DNA of 63,024 nucleotides, the filler included, from Phoronis australis (Eukaryota > Animalia > Phoronida): assembly GCA_002633005.1 (NCBI GenBank). It is 7 parts of 7 records of this genome, joined end to end, with 100 filler letters (N's around TTAATTAATTAA, not from the genome) between each part and the next. Parts side by side here need not be neighbours in the genome. Positions count along the whole stretch, not along the records: positions 25,605 to 50,620 come from NMRA01001219.1; 6 more parts are not named here. One strand, written 5' to 3'. Shown piece by piece: positions 27,086-40,671 of this stretch. The notes beneath the pieces were generated by a model. It saw nothing but the letters and a program-made list of their open reading frames with translations, searched no databases and was not told the DNA's origin. The translations under genes were made by a program, and so were the position numbers. Position 1 is the stretch's first letter. Each line of letters begins with the position of its first letter.

Positions 27086-28368
27086 TTCGTATGATTTTTG
27101 TAGTGTTGGTTTGTCATTAATACACCCCGTTTAAACGCTATCGGTTTTATGTTCTGCGTTAGCTGGTCGCTTCTTATTATTACGAGTACGATTCGCTCAG
27201 TACCGTCGGGGCCTGGGTTAGACTTTACGCGACATCTGTTGTTGGGTTGGGTGGTTATCCCCTTTTGTATACGCCTTTGTTTTTGATGAGACAGAACACA
27301 CAATATACACGACAGTCGGCTCACACGAATTAAGGTAATCCACGTTTTGTTCTTGTCATCCCTCTTTTGTTTCGATTCTCGATCCGTCGCTAGGAGCCTC
27401 AAAACGGGTTTCGAGGTGCCTCTCTAACTAATTAAACCTATTACGTCATGAGGCGTGACGTCATTGACACATCCGTCCGGTAGGTGTCCCTTCCGATCGC
27501 AGTTATCCCACGTGACCTTTTCCTTTCACATAGATGACCTTTGACCGAGACCCGCAAAACAGGGCGGCTAAACCTCTTACTATACTACTGATTTCATTGC
27601 TCTTACCAATGAATGTCAACGGCACTAGTAAACACAATATCAATACAACTCTGATAGTCTCAATCCTTTTGTCGGCAAAGGAAATAGAATCCTAGTACGG
27701 CAAGGAATGATTTGAGACCGCCTTTATCAGATGAGAAGGTCTAATGCTATCTTCATTTTAGCCAGCTAAAAAGAATACAGGCAGCATTAATGTTGCGCTC
27801 AATTGGTTTAATAGGCAACATGTTCTGTGAATGAGAAAGGATTCTTTTTCAGATTTGTCTATGGATAAGTTTGAAATAAAAGAGTGGCAACCTGGCTTGA
27901 TTCACAAGGAACAAAGCAATTTTACATTCAGTATGAGCATAAGGACGGACATGGCGATCGGGAGGGGTAGCGATCTTCATCCCAACTTCTGGTTTGACAT
28001 GTATGTCACCCACGAGAAAGGAACCGAATCTAGCGCAAAAGGAGTAGATATTCTTTCACATTATTCTCTGAAAGATCGTAAGATGGAGCTAGCGAAAGAT
28101 GTCGTCAAAGAAGTGCAAGGAAGAGCATCTCTTAAAATTAAGAGTTCCTGCCGCAGGGATTTCTTCGTTTGTGCCAGTGTCCATGCGTTCGTCAATGCCA
28201 CGTTTGACGAATTCGACTTTCTGGAAAACAACACTAAGTGCAGCACAAAGCTCAATGTGGCATGCACTCAATGTAAGTACAAAATAACATTTTGAAAAAT
28301 TCCTAACAGAAAAATGTCTCAATAATACGGTGGCTGTTAAAGGACTACACGGCAGCTTTTTTTCTCCG

Positions 28369-28525
28369 TTGCTAACTCTATCGATAGACTTATTAACTCT
28401 ATCAATAGACTTGCTAACTCTATCGATAGACTTAGTAACTCTATTGATAAACTTACAAAATCTACCGATAGACTTACTACCTTTAGTCATGGACTTGGTA
28501 TCTCTATCGATTGACTTATTATCTG
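28369..28525 (+). repeat. 21-bp minisatellite (GACTTGCTAACTCTATCGATA), ~7 degenerate copies
   Basis: Read directly; it produces the spurious heptad ORFs LLTLSID and KSIDRVS. Confidence 0.9.
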
Positions 28526-29562
28526 AACTTGGCGTATCCTATAAATAGAGCTTGCCACTCCGAGAGTTTGCAATGGGAATTTCCGGCTGCCTGTTCGACT
28601 GAGTTGTCATCGAGAGATGTAGTTATCAAATCAAGCCTAATTTCATTGCTTCACTTTCATGTTGTTTTTACTGTTCATTAAGCAAAACTCTCGAGGTATG
28701 GCTCTATACAATCAACGACTTCTCGACACTTTAGTCAACAAAACCGACAATTACAGTGGTCAATCTTCATAAGCACCCACCTGTGGCCCTGAGGGATGCA
28801 GAGTGTAGTTTGGCCTCTGATATGTTTTCAGGTCCAGTCGTAGAACCTCTTTCGACGACCTATCATAATACATTTTATAAAAAGACATTTTGGGGTGTTA
28901 AAATCGTGTTACAGTATTTTACGGAAAGTTGTTACATTTGTCCTAGTTGAAAATGTTTAGGACTGATTTCTGAGTAGTAGGCCTTCTGCTCTCTGTAGTA
29001 TTTACTTGCTATACCCGTGAAATAAAATTAGAAAAAAAATGAAAAATTCAACTGGCTTGTACATATAAAAGAACCCAATCCAATAAGCGTACTTCGTGCT
29101 GCGGACAAAAAACAGTGCATTTGCCAATTATTCTGCTCTTGGCAGACTGTCCTACTTTTTTGATCCCCCCCTCAGTCACACCATCTAAATATTCCATTTT
29201 TGACACGTTGCCGTATATTATTGTAATTTCTCAAGCGACATAGCCATATGTTCCCGCTCTACTAAAAATGGGATGTATCCTTGCGTTTTATGACACCCAC
29301 AATTTCCCATTCAATTGTAAAAACATCTCCCCGTTCGACAAAAAACGCTGTCGATTAGTCTGTGTGTTGCAGCAAACATTTCACCTTACTTTTTGGCTTA
29401 GACCTAGATGTCCTGCTTTTTTCCTGAAGCTGCTATTTTCGATCCAGTGGTTCCATTTTTGGTTCTTGATTGTTGACCTCGACAACTATGCAACAGGTAT
29501 TCAAAATAACATTGTTTTTAATGAATATTGTTATTTTCCAGAGTCCAACTTGTTGAGTAACC

Positions 29563-29641
29563 TAACGCTAACATGCGGTGACTGTAACATAACGCTAACA
29601 TGCGGTGACTGTAACATAACGCTAACATGCGGTACCTGTAC
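29563..29641 (+). repeat. 27-bp tandem repeat (TAACGCTAACATGCGGTGACTGTAACA), ~3 copies
   Basis: Read directly. Confidence 0.9.
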
Positions 29642-30873
29642 AGGATCTCTTGTTAACCTAAACATGTAGTAGGACATTAACTTTTACTTTCTGAACAAAA
29701 GATTTATTTTTACACTTTTCTGGACAGTCCTAATATGATGAGCTCCCATAGTACATGTCAAAGCTATACTGTATATGTTTGCCCATTTTTATCCGTGACT
29801 TTTATAGATGAAGCTTCTGATGAGTGGTTTTTACAGTAAATCTTCCCCTTTAAAAGGTCAAAACTATAGCCTAGCCGCGAAACTGCTCGGGACTAAAAAA
29901 ATACAGTTTCTCGCGAGATTTTGTTTAAGCATGGGTACCAAAGTTTGTAGTGGCTGCCTCAAATGGATTTTCTGCACGAACAGAAAAGTCAGCACGTCTA
30001 AGGCGAGAGGAGTGTGGCAGTGAAGACGACCACGAGGGTCCGGAACTGAAGGGGCAGCAATCTGATTTTGACAAATGATTGGCAAAGTTGCATCCATGTC
30101 CACAGTCATCATTACCTTGCCCCGAGCCTTTAAGTGACCAAAAGGTGGCAGGCAAGGTAAAACTTTTGCGAAGTGTATAACTGATGTCATCCACGGGGGT
30201 TGGAGTGCAGGTATACACGTAGCTAAAACGGATGTCGACCGGTGATTGAGGGGAGTGAAAGTTGTGTCGCAATTTGGGTAAAGCTAGGTAATGGCTGAAG
30301 CGAAAGTGGAGTTGACCAAGGGAAGGTCACGACCACAATCCTCCCCCAGACACTAAAACAAATCTCCACATGCCTACGTGAAAGCATGATGGGAGACAGA
30401 GGGAGATGATGACATCATGAATGGCCCAGGTGGTTTTACGTATGCATAATTGTGTATTTTTCAGTTGACGTCCTCCTTGTTTTGAACGTCACGTGGAGTG
30501 ATTACACTAATATGGATAACCAAACTAAAGAATCTTTGAAGAGGGATGTTGCAAAAGCGGTAAGACACGAAAACGGTGACGAACATGACTTTGTTTGGGG
30601 GTTGTCGTAGAAACCCGTTCAAGATCACATTGCTGTTACCGCTGGTCGCTCAGGGCCTACTGCGGGAGGAACTATTACCGCGGGAGCGGAATATTTTTCT
30701 CCCTAAAACATTTACTACACACCGCTGAGAAATCCCTTAACACTGAAACTAAACTAAAACTACATGCAGACGGTTAATGTGTTCGTGGTGAGTGGCCATT
30801 GAACATAGTAAAACATTTTGCTGTACATGTAAGTGGTTAGTTTTGGAGATTGTGTGTTACGCTTTCGTGTTTA

Positions 30874-33842
30874 TAGTCGGTTGGCCAGATCTCATAGCGT
30901 TCATCTTTGTATTGTTGTGCTTAGTTACTTCAATATGGCTGCTCCCATGGAGTGTGATGCCTGTATAATTCAAGGTTTATCACACAGCACAAAATTGTGA
31001 TGTCAGAGCCTAAAGAAGCTTAGGAAAGCTTCCTGACGAAAGCTGATTCACTGTGGAACTCTGTAGATCAGTAGATCAAAAAGAAGAAGAGGTGTCACAA
31101 ACGTTTGTGCAGAAAACAGCTGCATCTCCTGGTAGCCTACACAGTATACTGCTGAGTGCTGTAGACTAGAAGACCAAGAGTCAGACCAAAAAATTGAAAG
31201 GACATAGAACGGCATAGCAACGTTTCAAGGCACCAACAGTAGTACTAAAGCTGAAGTTGCTGAAAGTGATACAGATGTTATCCAAGATTTCCCAAGAAAA
31301 TCAATTATACTTCCAAAATCTGAAACACCCAATTAACTTGAACAAGATAGGAACATTCTGAAACATGAGTGCATCATTTGTTAGCAGGAAAAGTACATTA
31401 TGGGCCACATTTCAAGAAAGAGAAAGAAGTATAGCTTTCAAAAACAGGTACGTGTTTTTGAAAAATACATCTTGGTGTTTTCCATGTGTGTTTCAGTATT
31501 ATCACCAGTTGTTTTTTAACTTGTTCAGCCCCTTGACTGCCTAGGCCTTAGACAATACTGCTGACCCAGTAGAGACGATGATCATACTATAGGTACTTCA
31601 TATGCCGGATACTTTTCGGCAAATTATGTTCCTATAAGTTTAGAAGTACCGCATAGAGAGATGCCTCTGAGGAGGTCGTTAATGTTTTCATTTGTTCCCA
31701 GTTTAAACAAATACTCCTGCAATCCTGTTTTTCGAACACTCCATTCAGTTGCCACATCGACACTGCTTGCGCTAAGGGATAATCCTATGGCGTTATACTG
31801 TGGGTGTGATTTTAAAGCACTTTAAGTCTAAAATTTTTGAGAAGGTTAAATGGAGTAGATAGTTGCAAACAACATGCCCAAGTGGCCGTCATCCCCTGCC
31901 GTAGTCTCAATTTTTTGTAAACATTAATTACTTAGGTAGCAGCTGCAATGATAATTAAATTAAAGTGCCTAAGTGGCCATCGTCGCCGTCGAAATTTGAG
32001 GACGATGGAAGCCACTGTCCATTTCGTCAAACGTCGATTACCTTAAGTGTAAATCGATTGACTATGGTTTGAGCATCTGATTTAAAAAAAATAAATTTCA
32101 ATCACTGCACAGGTATATCAGCTGATTTATTTTCAGCTGCATCTACTGATCTAATTATTAGACGATCAACATTATTAGGCTACAGATCAGACGGCATGTA
32201 AATTTGTTAGGCTGGTGGTGGATCAGCTCCTGATACGTCCGTCTGAAAAAGTTGCATGCCAACTCACTCATAGTTGAATGTTAAATTAGTGTTAACAGTT
32301 CGGGTTTTTTTTAGTTGGACTTGTATCGCAAGCAACAGCTCAGTCCAGAGCCCTGAATATGCAAATGAAATTCAAAGATAAAGACCTTGTGTCTTAGAAG
32401 CCAAGTACCACAGATCATCATGCTGTAAAAAAGAGAAAGACAAAGATTGTGGAGAGTGACGAATCCCCAGTTTTCAGAGATGTTTTTCTACAGTTTTGTT
32501 TGGAGTTCATTGAATCAAAGCTTCTAGCACATGGAGATGTCATTTGCCTTTCAAAAATAAAGCAAGACTTTGAAGCTGTTCTTCAGAAAGCTGGTGTGCA
32601 TGAAGTTATTTGGACAGGCAATCTTAAGAAATATTGTTGAAGCTACTCACTGTTGTAGTTTGTGCCTGACTAAGAGATACGAAAGTGAATTGAGGCTAGT
32701 GTTCAATAATTCACTTGCTGACTCTAATTAACACAGCCCATTGTAACATATTTTGAATCAAACGTTTGCCCAAATAGTGCCCGCCTCCAAACAAGGACTT
32801 AGTGTTTGACCCTTCATTGCCTGCGGGCTAATCACCAGTGTGCAGTGCTGTACCCTCTCTAATCGACCATAGTTGGCTCCTTGGCGGTGGAGCTTTGCAG
32901 TTAATATGTATGGCAATGACCGCATCTCCATTGACAGTACTAAACGATGAACGCTGCAAGTGCAAAAAGAACATGTGTGCTGGGAAACTGAGTTTGTGCT
33001 GCAATGCTGGGTCAAACTGTACAGAAATGTGCAGCTGTGACAACTGTAGTAACATCAGCAACACTGACTGCATAACATTGGATAGTTCTTTGACAGGCCA
33101 ACCCTAAATAGACCTCCAACCCCGTTATTTCCTTTTTTGTATTAAAAAGTTAATTTTATTTGTTGATTAAGTCATAGAAAGTACATACTTTGATCATTGT
33201 CATGTATTTGTCTCATACTGCTTAATAAACGCTGTCAGAATAATCTATTTTAATACAGTCTTTGTGCACATTCACAGAGATCATTCAACTATATTGTTTT
33301 TGTACTATAACATATTTCTGGTGTATTATGCAAACAAGCTGTGTTTTACACCATTAGTCAATGTTTTAGTCATTGAGGCACAAATTTTGCCCAGTCTCTA
33401 GTGTTTTGTGTTATTTTTGTTGCCTGACAATGCCAGAATAACTTCCTAGTAACATTCAGACTTAGTTTGCATTTGTGCCACTAGGTGTCTCTTTACATTT
33501 TTTTAAATTTCACTGTTCACAATTAATTTACAATAGTAAAACATGCAATGTGAGTGTAATATTGTTCAATACAATGCCACTGATGGGACCATATTACTTG
33601 TTTTACAAAAAAGTCACCAAAACTGTTGTTTTTACAAATATAAGTTTACTAAGCTCTTTGGTGATTATTAGGTAACTTCAAACTCAAATTTCTCAAAAAT
33701 ATGCAACTTTATATGTGAAACCTTTTTAGATTTTAAAAACACTCTAATAAATGAATTAGAAAACACCTAAATAAAATTGCCCCACTAAAGTACTCACAAA
33801 AAACATTTTCTAGAGGCCCTACAAAATCTGGCCCACCGACTA
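30874..33842 (+). mobile_element. Academ-type DNA transposon, internally deleted and decayed
   Basis: TTA|TAGTCGGTTGGCCAGAT … ATCTGGCCCACCGACTA|TTA (17-bp TIR with 1 mismatch, 3-bp TSD, TAG/CTA termini); transposase remnants KDLV..EAKYHRS.C (~32380-32430) and C-terminal CKCKK..CAG…CC.AG..CTEMCSCDNCSN (~32950-33055). Confidence 0.85.
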
Positions 33843-34060
33843 TTAGTACTCGCGCAGCTGCTTAGTGTGTTTGGTTTCTGGTGCGAATTCCATTACCTTT
33901 TCTGTTATTGAATTGCCTAAAATGTTTCTTTTTTCATATCATATTAATAATACGGCTTGAAAAATATGCATTTAGAGTCCTGCCGCGCAGCTATTGAAGT
34001 TTGAGCTTCAGTGCTTGATTGCATGAAACAATCCCAAACAGGGATTCAACTAAGTTTCCT

Positions 34061-35162
34061 AACGACTATGTCACGGACCCACCTATCCAAAATTGAAAAA
34101 ATTCAGAATAAAGGCATCAGGGCTGCACTAGAAACACATCGACTGATGCAATGCGCCATGTTCTTGGATTACCAAGCATCAAACAGCGACACAGGCATGC
34201 TCAAGTCAAGGCACTCTTCCGAGTGGCATCTGACCACCTCCTGCACAAAGAAATAGGAGTGGATAAGGGTAGCCAACTCAAACGCGGACGACCTTGGATG
34301 GCTCAGGCGGAGGATACGGTTGCTTCACTGTGCAGGACTGGGAGCATAAGGAGAGACAAAGAGTGGATAACTATTAGGGACACATTGGCTAATTGCACAA
34401 AGGTTGTCATCACACTGGGACGGAAATGCCGAGAACGCAGTGAAATAGTTATGAACACTGAGGTCTGTGCACTCATTGAAGAGAACAGCAAACCAACGGA
34501 TGCCATTATCTTCACAGATGGGTCAGTCGTCAGGGGTGTCAAATCAGGCTGGGGATTCACAGCACGCGTGGGAGGTCGGTGTGTTGCAGAGCAAAGTGTT
34601 GCATACTTGATGACAACAGCAGCATGCGGATGGAAAAGCAGGCAGCCACAGCAGCTCTAGGATTGCTCCGTACCACCAGCTACACAGGGGCAGTGATTGC
34701 TACGACTCACAGAGCATGCTATGCAAAATCATGAGTGGCTTCTTTAAACCAGAATGGAAAAAAACAAAAGAAGGAAGCAGGCTGAAACACCAGGTGTGGT
34801 TGTTTACCCCTGGACATGCTGGAGTGACTGGGAATGAAAGAGCAGATGACCTGGCAGGAAAGGCAGAGCTTTTGGAAGACGTTATTGGAGCGAGAAGGAT
34901 GTTTTGATGACACTGAAAGGCCAGGAGATGGAGGCCCCCTCAGAAAGCACCACCCTGGAAAGACTAATTGAGCTTCATGCTGCCAGAGGAAGCGGCATCA
35001 GAACCACCTTACGTGGAGAAAGTAGATACCGGATTAACCAGCTCAACATGGGAACCATCAGCAGTGTGACTTTTTCTTGACTGCTGCAGAGAAGGACTGA
35101 GCACTTGTGGACCTGCCAAATGTGCAGTGATGGCTGTCCCTGAGACAATAACAATGACAATA
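34061..35162 (+). mobile_element. 5'-truncated RNase H-bearing non-LTR retrotransposon (I group, Ingi-like), decayed
   Basis: Post-RT KIEKIQNKGIRAAL…MRHVLGLPSI, RNase H IFTDGS…SGWGF and PGHAGVTGNERADDLA across frameshifts; ends in a short ACAAT(A/G)-repeat tail. Confidence 0.85.
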
Positions 35163-35876
35163 TGTTTCCTAAATCTACAGCATAGCGTGTATTTGTGGGC
35201 TTGTGAAAACATCGATTGTCATTTCTTTTGTTGTTTGATTCTCATTACCAACTCAAATTTTGACTTTGATACAAATCGAGAGTGAACGTTAAACTCTCTA
35301 TACCGTTGAAAATAAGTAGGCATCTGTTCACGTCCCTAATTATTTTGATTCCATTAAAGGTTCAGTTTTTAGTTACATTCTTAGAAATATTCATTAGTCA
35401 CAGAGGAGCTCATAATAAAGAAAAAAGTCACATAAAGTTGTTCATCTTTGAGTAAAGAACGAAGCAAATGCGCATTTAGGGGACTGTTTCATGCAACCGA
35501 CCACAGACCACTGAAGCAAAGGGCCCTATAACTCTCAGTTTTTACACCTTAGCCCCTCTCAGGAGCGCTTTGAGAGTAGCACAGAGACAGAGGGTTGTGA
35601 ACCCAGTAGAAATAAATTGATATCGGCAGTGGAGATGGCCGATTGGAGGGGGGTTAAATTGGTGGCGATGAAAGATGTAGTTTTGATTCGTGGTCACCCA
35701 GGTACAAAACTGGTGGCGATCAGCTAACAGTTCTCAGTTCGAGAGCCTAAATTTTTCCGGGACGCGTTTTATGAAACTTTTCAGTCATGACTTGTTGATA
35801 TACCGAAATTAGACTAACTTAAGACCAAAATGTCTGGTCTCGTTTTCATGAACTTCATAAAAAACAAAATTAAGTA

Positions 35877-38800
35877 CTACTCCACGAGAGCACCAGCCAT
35901 GAGCGGCAAGGTGGGGGTCAGCCGATTTTCACCAAATTTGGCACATAGGTAGTCCTATGGGATCTATAAACAGCGGCAAAATATTTCCTCAAAATATTGC
36001 GTTTTTCTAAAGTTATAGGCTCAAACACATTTTACGACTTCGCAGCCATGTTTTCACGTTATAAAAACTGTCCAGTTTTAACTGTTCATATTTTTCCTTG
36101 AATGAAAGCGATTGATTTATTATTCACTTGGCATTGTTTAGTGGTGCCTGTAGATTGTTACACAGATGTCTTAAAACACGAGTCCGATTTACCACCCTCA
36201 TTTAGTAGTTTTACTACACTGCCCCCCGTTATGCCATTTTGAGGTTGTGTTCAGTACACTGCTGTACCAAATCTGCCCCCACTGTTATGAGAATCAAACT
36301 TAACCAAAATGTTGACAAAACATGTTACTTTCATTTCATAAAATAAAAACTTTGTCAGCCAGTTTATTAGTTATAAATTTTGGTACCTCAATTGTACTAA
36401 AATGAGAAATTTTCATATATCTGAGATCGATGCGTGAGCACCGTAAAAACCGATTGTCCTTCATGTGTTTCGATATTTTGCAACAAGTTAGTTCCCCCTG
36501 AACGTTTTGAAAGTTTTACTACTTATCAGTTAGGGCTATAGAACCCCTAAATACCATAAGCGGCTCCATTTTGTAAAAAGCCGATTATGTCCTCCACAGT
36601 GAACAGGGTTAGACATGAACTCGACAAATGTAGGTTATTTTGATTTACAGTTGTTTTGCTTTCAAATTTCCTCATGGGTATTTCTTCACACATATTCAAG
36701 TCAGATTTTCTTTTGATCAAATGTTCATGCAATGCATTGTAATATCAAATGAATGATGAGTTTGGTTGCATGACCGCAATTTTTCCCACAACTTAAAACA
36801 AAAGACCGCAGAAATTTTCCTGACGAAATACCGGGTTTGCAGTTCTCTAAAAACATTCGAATGACAAGACAAACTCCACCACTGTCCGTGGCAACTCGTC
36901 ACGTTTTTCACCCATCGGTCCTATCATTGTTTTCCTTTGTTGTCATTGTTGGATGTAACAACACAGGTCGCATGGATATAGAACCTTGCCTACATCAGAC
37001 CGTTGCCGATAAGTGCTCGTCATTATATCTTTATTATAACAACGGGAACAATGAAGATGCTAATCTATTGTTCTCTATGCGACCAGGTTTCCCGTGGATG
37101 ACCACAGAAGAGGAATCCCAAAGTATCCACAAACAATGGCCACGCACCTTAGTAACTATTACCGCGCACACGAATCCTTTCCGTGGAACCTAAACACCAA
37201 TTTTTTAATCCGTGTATTGTGTAGTATTGCTCATGGTACGGGTTCAGACTCTGTTGTATTAAGATTCCAATCCCCAACCCTGTAATATGTAGTTTGAATA
37301 AAATTTCTAGACAATGCAGGTTTATGGATTTATTCTCCTTCAAATGAAGAGTAAAAATCAAATTCTGCACAGTTTTTTTAAAAGTAATCACACATCTAAA
37401 AAATAAAACAACGTTTGACAATTTTATTCATTATATTATTTGAAAATTGCCTACCTCACAGACAACTCATCTAAGTTGAAAATATTCCTTGTGAAAAAAT
37501 ATAAAATACCAACTAGAGACTTGTGTACTACAAAATATGTTTTTGTAATACAATGCAAAAATAACTGTACAGTCAAAAGTGCAAATGTTATACTTTTGTG
37601 ACATGGTTTGCATTACAATTGCCCTACGATTACAGTTGTACATACATACTAGATAAGTAACAAAATTACCCATGGGAATCATAAAATGGTCAATTCACCA
37701 AAAAAACAAGGAGCCACCAGAGCTAATGTGCCAATACTTTTCAGTACTGCAACAAAAAATCATTTGAAGTGGGCATAAACTCGCCTAAAATCACATAAAA
37801 CAACTTTTGATTAAGACATTTTACCATCACGAAATAGGTATTACTTCCAGGTCACTTTTGAGCAATTTCAGAACTTTGAAAGATCTGGCAATATGCAATT
37901 GCTAGAGACCAGACTTATAGTGTGTGATTTCATACACACAGCATGGTCTCAAGGAATAGCAAACTGTCAATTCGCTACAATTCCAGAAATCACTTCCCAT
38001 CTGGATAAGGGACAAACTGAGCAAAAGTTTATAGAGGTAAATGGTCTAAATCAAAACTTATTACCTCCTGGACAGAATATGGGTTTACAACCCAGGCAGA
38101 AAGATAAGTTAACAAAACCAGCCTAACTGCAACATGGTCTCAAATTTCAGTAATATATACCCATTTACAAACAAAAATCTATAATGGTAAATAAAATGCG
38201 GAAACATAAATTCAGATCAATTACGCATCCTCAAGGAAAAGGAATAAATAGTACAGTGGTCACAAATCATCTAAATGTGATGGCGACACTGAGAAATCCT
38301 GTCAGACCAAAAAATCCAGTGGCTAAACATAATGAACAATGTACCATTACCATGTGGCCCAGAATTGTGATCCGTGCCTGGACAAAAATTCAGTCTAGGT
38401 AAATTTTAGATTTGTGCTGTTCACACAAGCAGTTATGGTGCAAACAAAGCTTGCGACAACACACAAGCCTACTTCCCTAAACAGCTGTGCTGATACAATA
38501 ATGCCCCCACTGGATTTAGCAGATCGGCCAGAGTATTTACAGGTCCAGCCACTGTACTGTTTCCTCCTTTTGAATTTTTACAATGCTACATCCTTGACAA
38601 TCGCAGATTGCCTTTTTCAATGCATACTCCACTTCCTCTGTCCTAGTTTCCCCACATTTGCTGAAAGTGGCCTATCTCACTAAATCACTTTGGAACTGTG
38701 GTATAAGCCAGTAATCTTTGGCAAATACTTTTTCCCCGACTCGTTCCTCAAGCTACAAATTCTCTTTGACATAGACTTTTCGGCCTCTCTCTAGCCCCTC

Positions 38801-40671
38801 ACTTAGTTGTCCAGAAGGGTACCTTCTTGCTGGTTGTGAACTTTTCCATACCCAACCTTTACTAATAATCAGCAAGTCTCCAACTTCAGCAGAAGCCACT
38901 TCTTCAGCATAAGCCTTTCCTGATTCCTAAAATTGTATTAATGAAAAATTAAACATGTTAAATTTAATGTGGCCATTTCGGCTCAGAAAATATGAATACC
39001 AAGCTAAAGTGACGGCTTTAGCATGTTTAATTAACTTCATAATCTCAGAAAATCATTGGTGGACATAACATACTCCCTAGTCTCTAAAGGTAGTTCATGG
39101 GCAGAAGTTATGTTACACATTTGGTGGTTGTTATGAAAAGTTGTGATGACTACCTATTTTCTATGCCAATACAGTTGCATAAACATCAACACATTTGAAT
39201 AAGGTATGATTAAGCAATAAGGCCCAAGTTATAAGCAATCACGGTGTGTCAATAAAAGTATTTTTGCATGAATGACGTGCTTCTAAAAATATTCCTCAGG
39301 GTCGGACCCTGGAGTTTAGCGATTCCTACCTGAGCTCACACGAAGCTGGACGTTGAACCTTGACTTAACGTCTTTGGTCATTTTTCAGACCTCTATCAGA
39401 TTTCTCCTCTAGTGTGCAGTGGATGTTCTCAGTGTCTTTGGCGACGCCAATATATCTCGAGTGTTGTAACAATGATTCGGTTAAGTGAATTTAAAACGGT
39501 AGATTATAGCTCCTGCACACCTGCCTCCGAGGCAGACACTGAGACAGACTACTTCTCAGGAGGACACGTTCCACCTCCACATCAGCTCCACGTACTCTTA
39601 TAAGGTGCTCAAATGTGTCGCTCTATACCTTGTGCATTTCCCAAGAGTTTCCAAAGTTGTTTCTCCCCGCAATTTGTGGAAATACCACATTCGATGCGAC
39701 TGGCAGTGCCAGATAAATAGATAAATTCGCGAACCCGCCGTGCGTTCAGTAGACGCTAGGACCTACGCTAGGACCTAGCTAAAACCTAGTCAAAGCCACG
39801 TGTTCTCACTTAAAATACACGGCAATATCTCATGTAATCTCGCGAAGTCTTGCTTTTTAGCGAGGTCCTAGCGTTACTGACCGGAGGCCGCACTTTAGGT
39901 CAGCCATCATTCAACTAACGCATTGTAAGCTTTAGTTTGGTATTCAGACGAATTGGATGAACAAATTTAGTATAATTTCATATTTTATTTGGAAATGCTA
40001 GTGTCCTTAAAATTAATTAAAAACATTTAAGCAAACCAATTGTTTTAATTGTTGTATTATACCAAGGATATTAATGCGTAGAAACGCCCCACAACTAGTG
40101 GCTTGTTTAACTTGACAAATACACATACGCGGTCTGAAAATAGTGAAATTCATAAACCTATTACCAAGCCTGCCTGAAGGGCTGACAAAGTTTTTATTGT
40201 ATTATTTTCAAGGGCATGGAGTCTTCTACATGCCAATGTTATTATTTTTAGTTTTCTCGCGGGGGCAGCTTACTGCTGGTTTTTCACAAGACGGAAATGT
40301 GAGTCCACGGAAACAGTTCCAGTGTTACCATGGTAACCGATATTGCAGTGGCGGTGCCGTTTTTACTGACACTGGTCATGAACCTATCATGTGATATCAA
40401 AATTGTTTAGAAACGATTCTGTTTGAAGCAGAAACTGGAGTAGAAAATTTGGTTAAAAATTACTCATTCCACACCAAGAAATTGCCTCATTTTTCCCCCC
40501 AGAACTCTTCCCTTGTATCTCCTAAACCACCAAACTTTGTTGTGTCATACTTCACCCATTTTCTCTCATCCCTAATGTGATTTATCAGTCTAAACATGGA
40601 TCTGAATGGCTGACCCCCCACCTTGCCGCTTGTTGGCTGTACAGTGGTCGGTGGATCCGTGGACTCAGTGA
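35877..40671. mobile_element. ~4.8-kb TIR DNA transposon of uncertain superfamily with decayed internal coding-like sequence
   Basis: Subterminal IR AGCGGCAAGGTGGGGGTCAGCC (35902-35923) vs GGCTGACCCCCCACCTTGCCGCT (40608-40630), plus TCCACG/CGTGGA near both ends; TA on both flanks. Confidence 0.65.
39737..39889. mobile_element. ~150-bp MITE family, copy 1 (TIR GTTCAGTAACGCTAGGACC)
   Basis: Inverted termini; internal homology to 43966-44075 and 47264-47408. Confidence 0.75.

Larger units (their letters stand above)
25605..27589 (+). mobile_element. Right end of a Polinton/Maverick (adintovirus-like) deletion derivative
   Basis: Ends …CTTACTATACTACT (reverse complement of an AGTAGT Polinton-type terminus); ~450-bp terminal region is inverted-homologous to 50148-50620; carries a packaging-ATPase fragment and a PC4-like ORF; left end lost in the gap. 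Confidence 0.8.

Noticed and set aside
27055-27402. ORF 27055..27402 and its homologue 50428..50676, including a KSNPGP string, as conserved genes or a 2A motif
   Set aside because: The similarity reflects the shared Polinton TIR; indels shift the frames between copies, and RVKSNPGP lacks the required D(V/I)E.
28089-28548. Heptad coiled-coil or leucine-zipper ORFs on both strands
   Set aside because: By-product of a 21-bp DNA repeat; no start or splice support.
29268-29669. Cys-repeat protein (LTCGDCNIT)n
   Set aside because: Arises from a 27-bp tandem repeat in otherwise non-coding-looking sequence.
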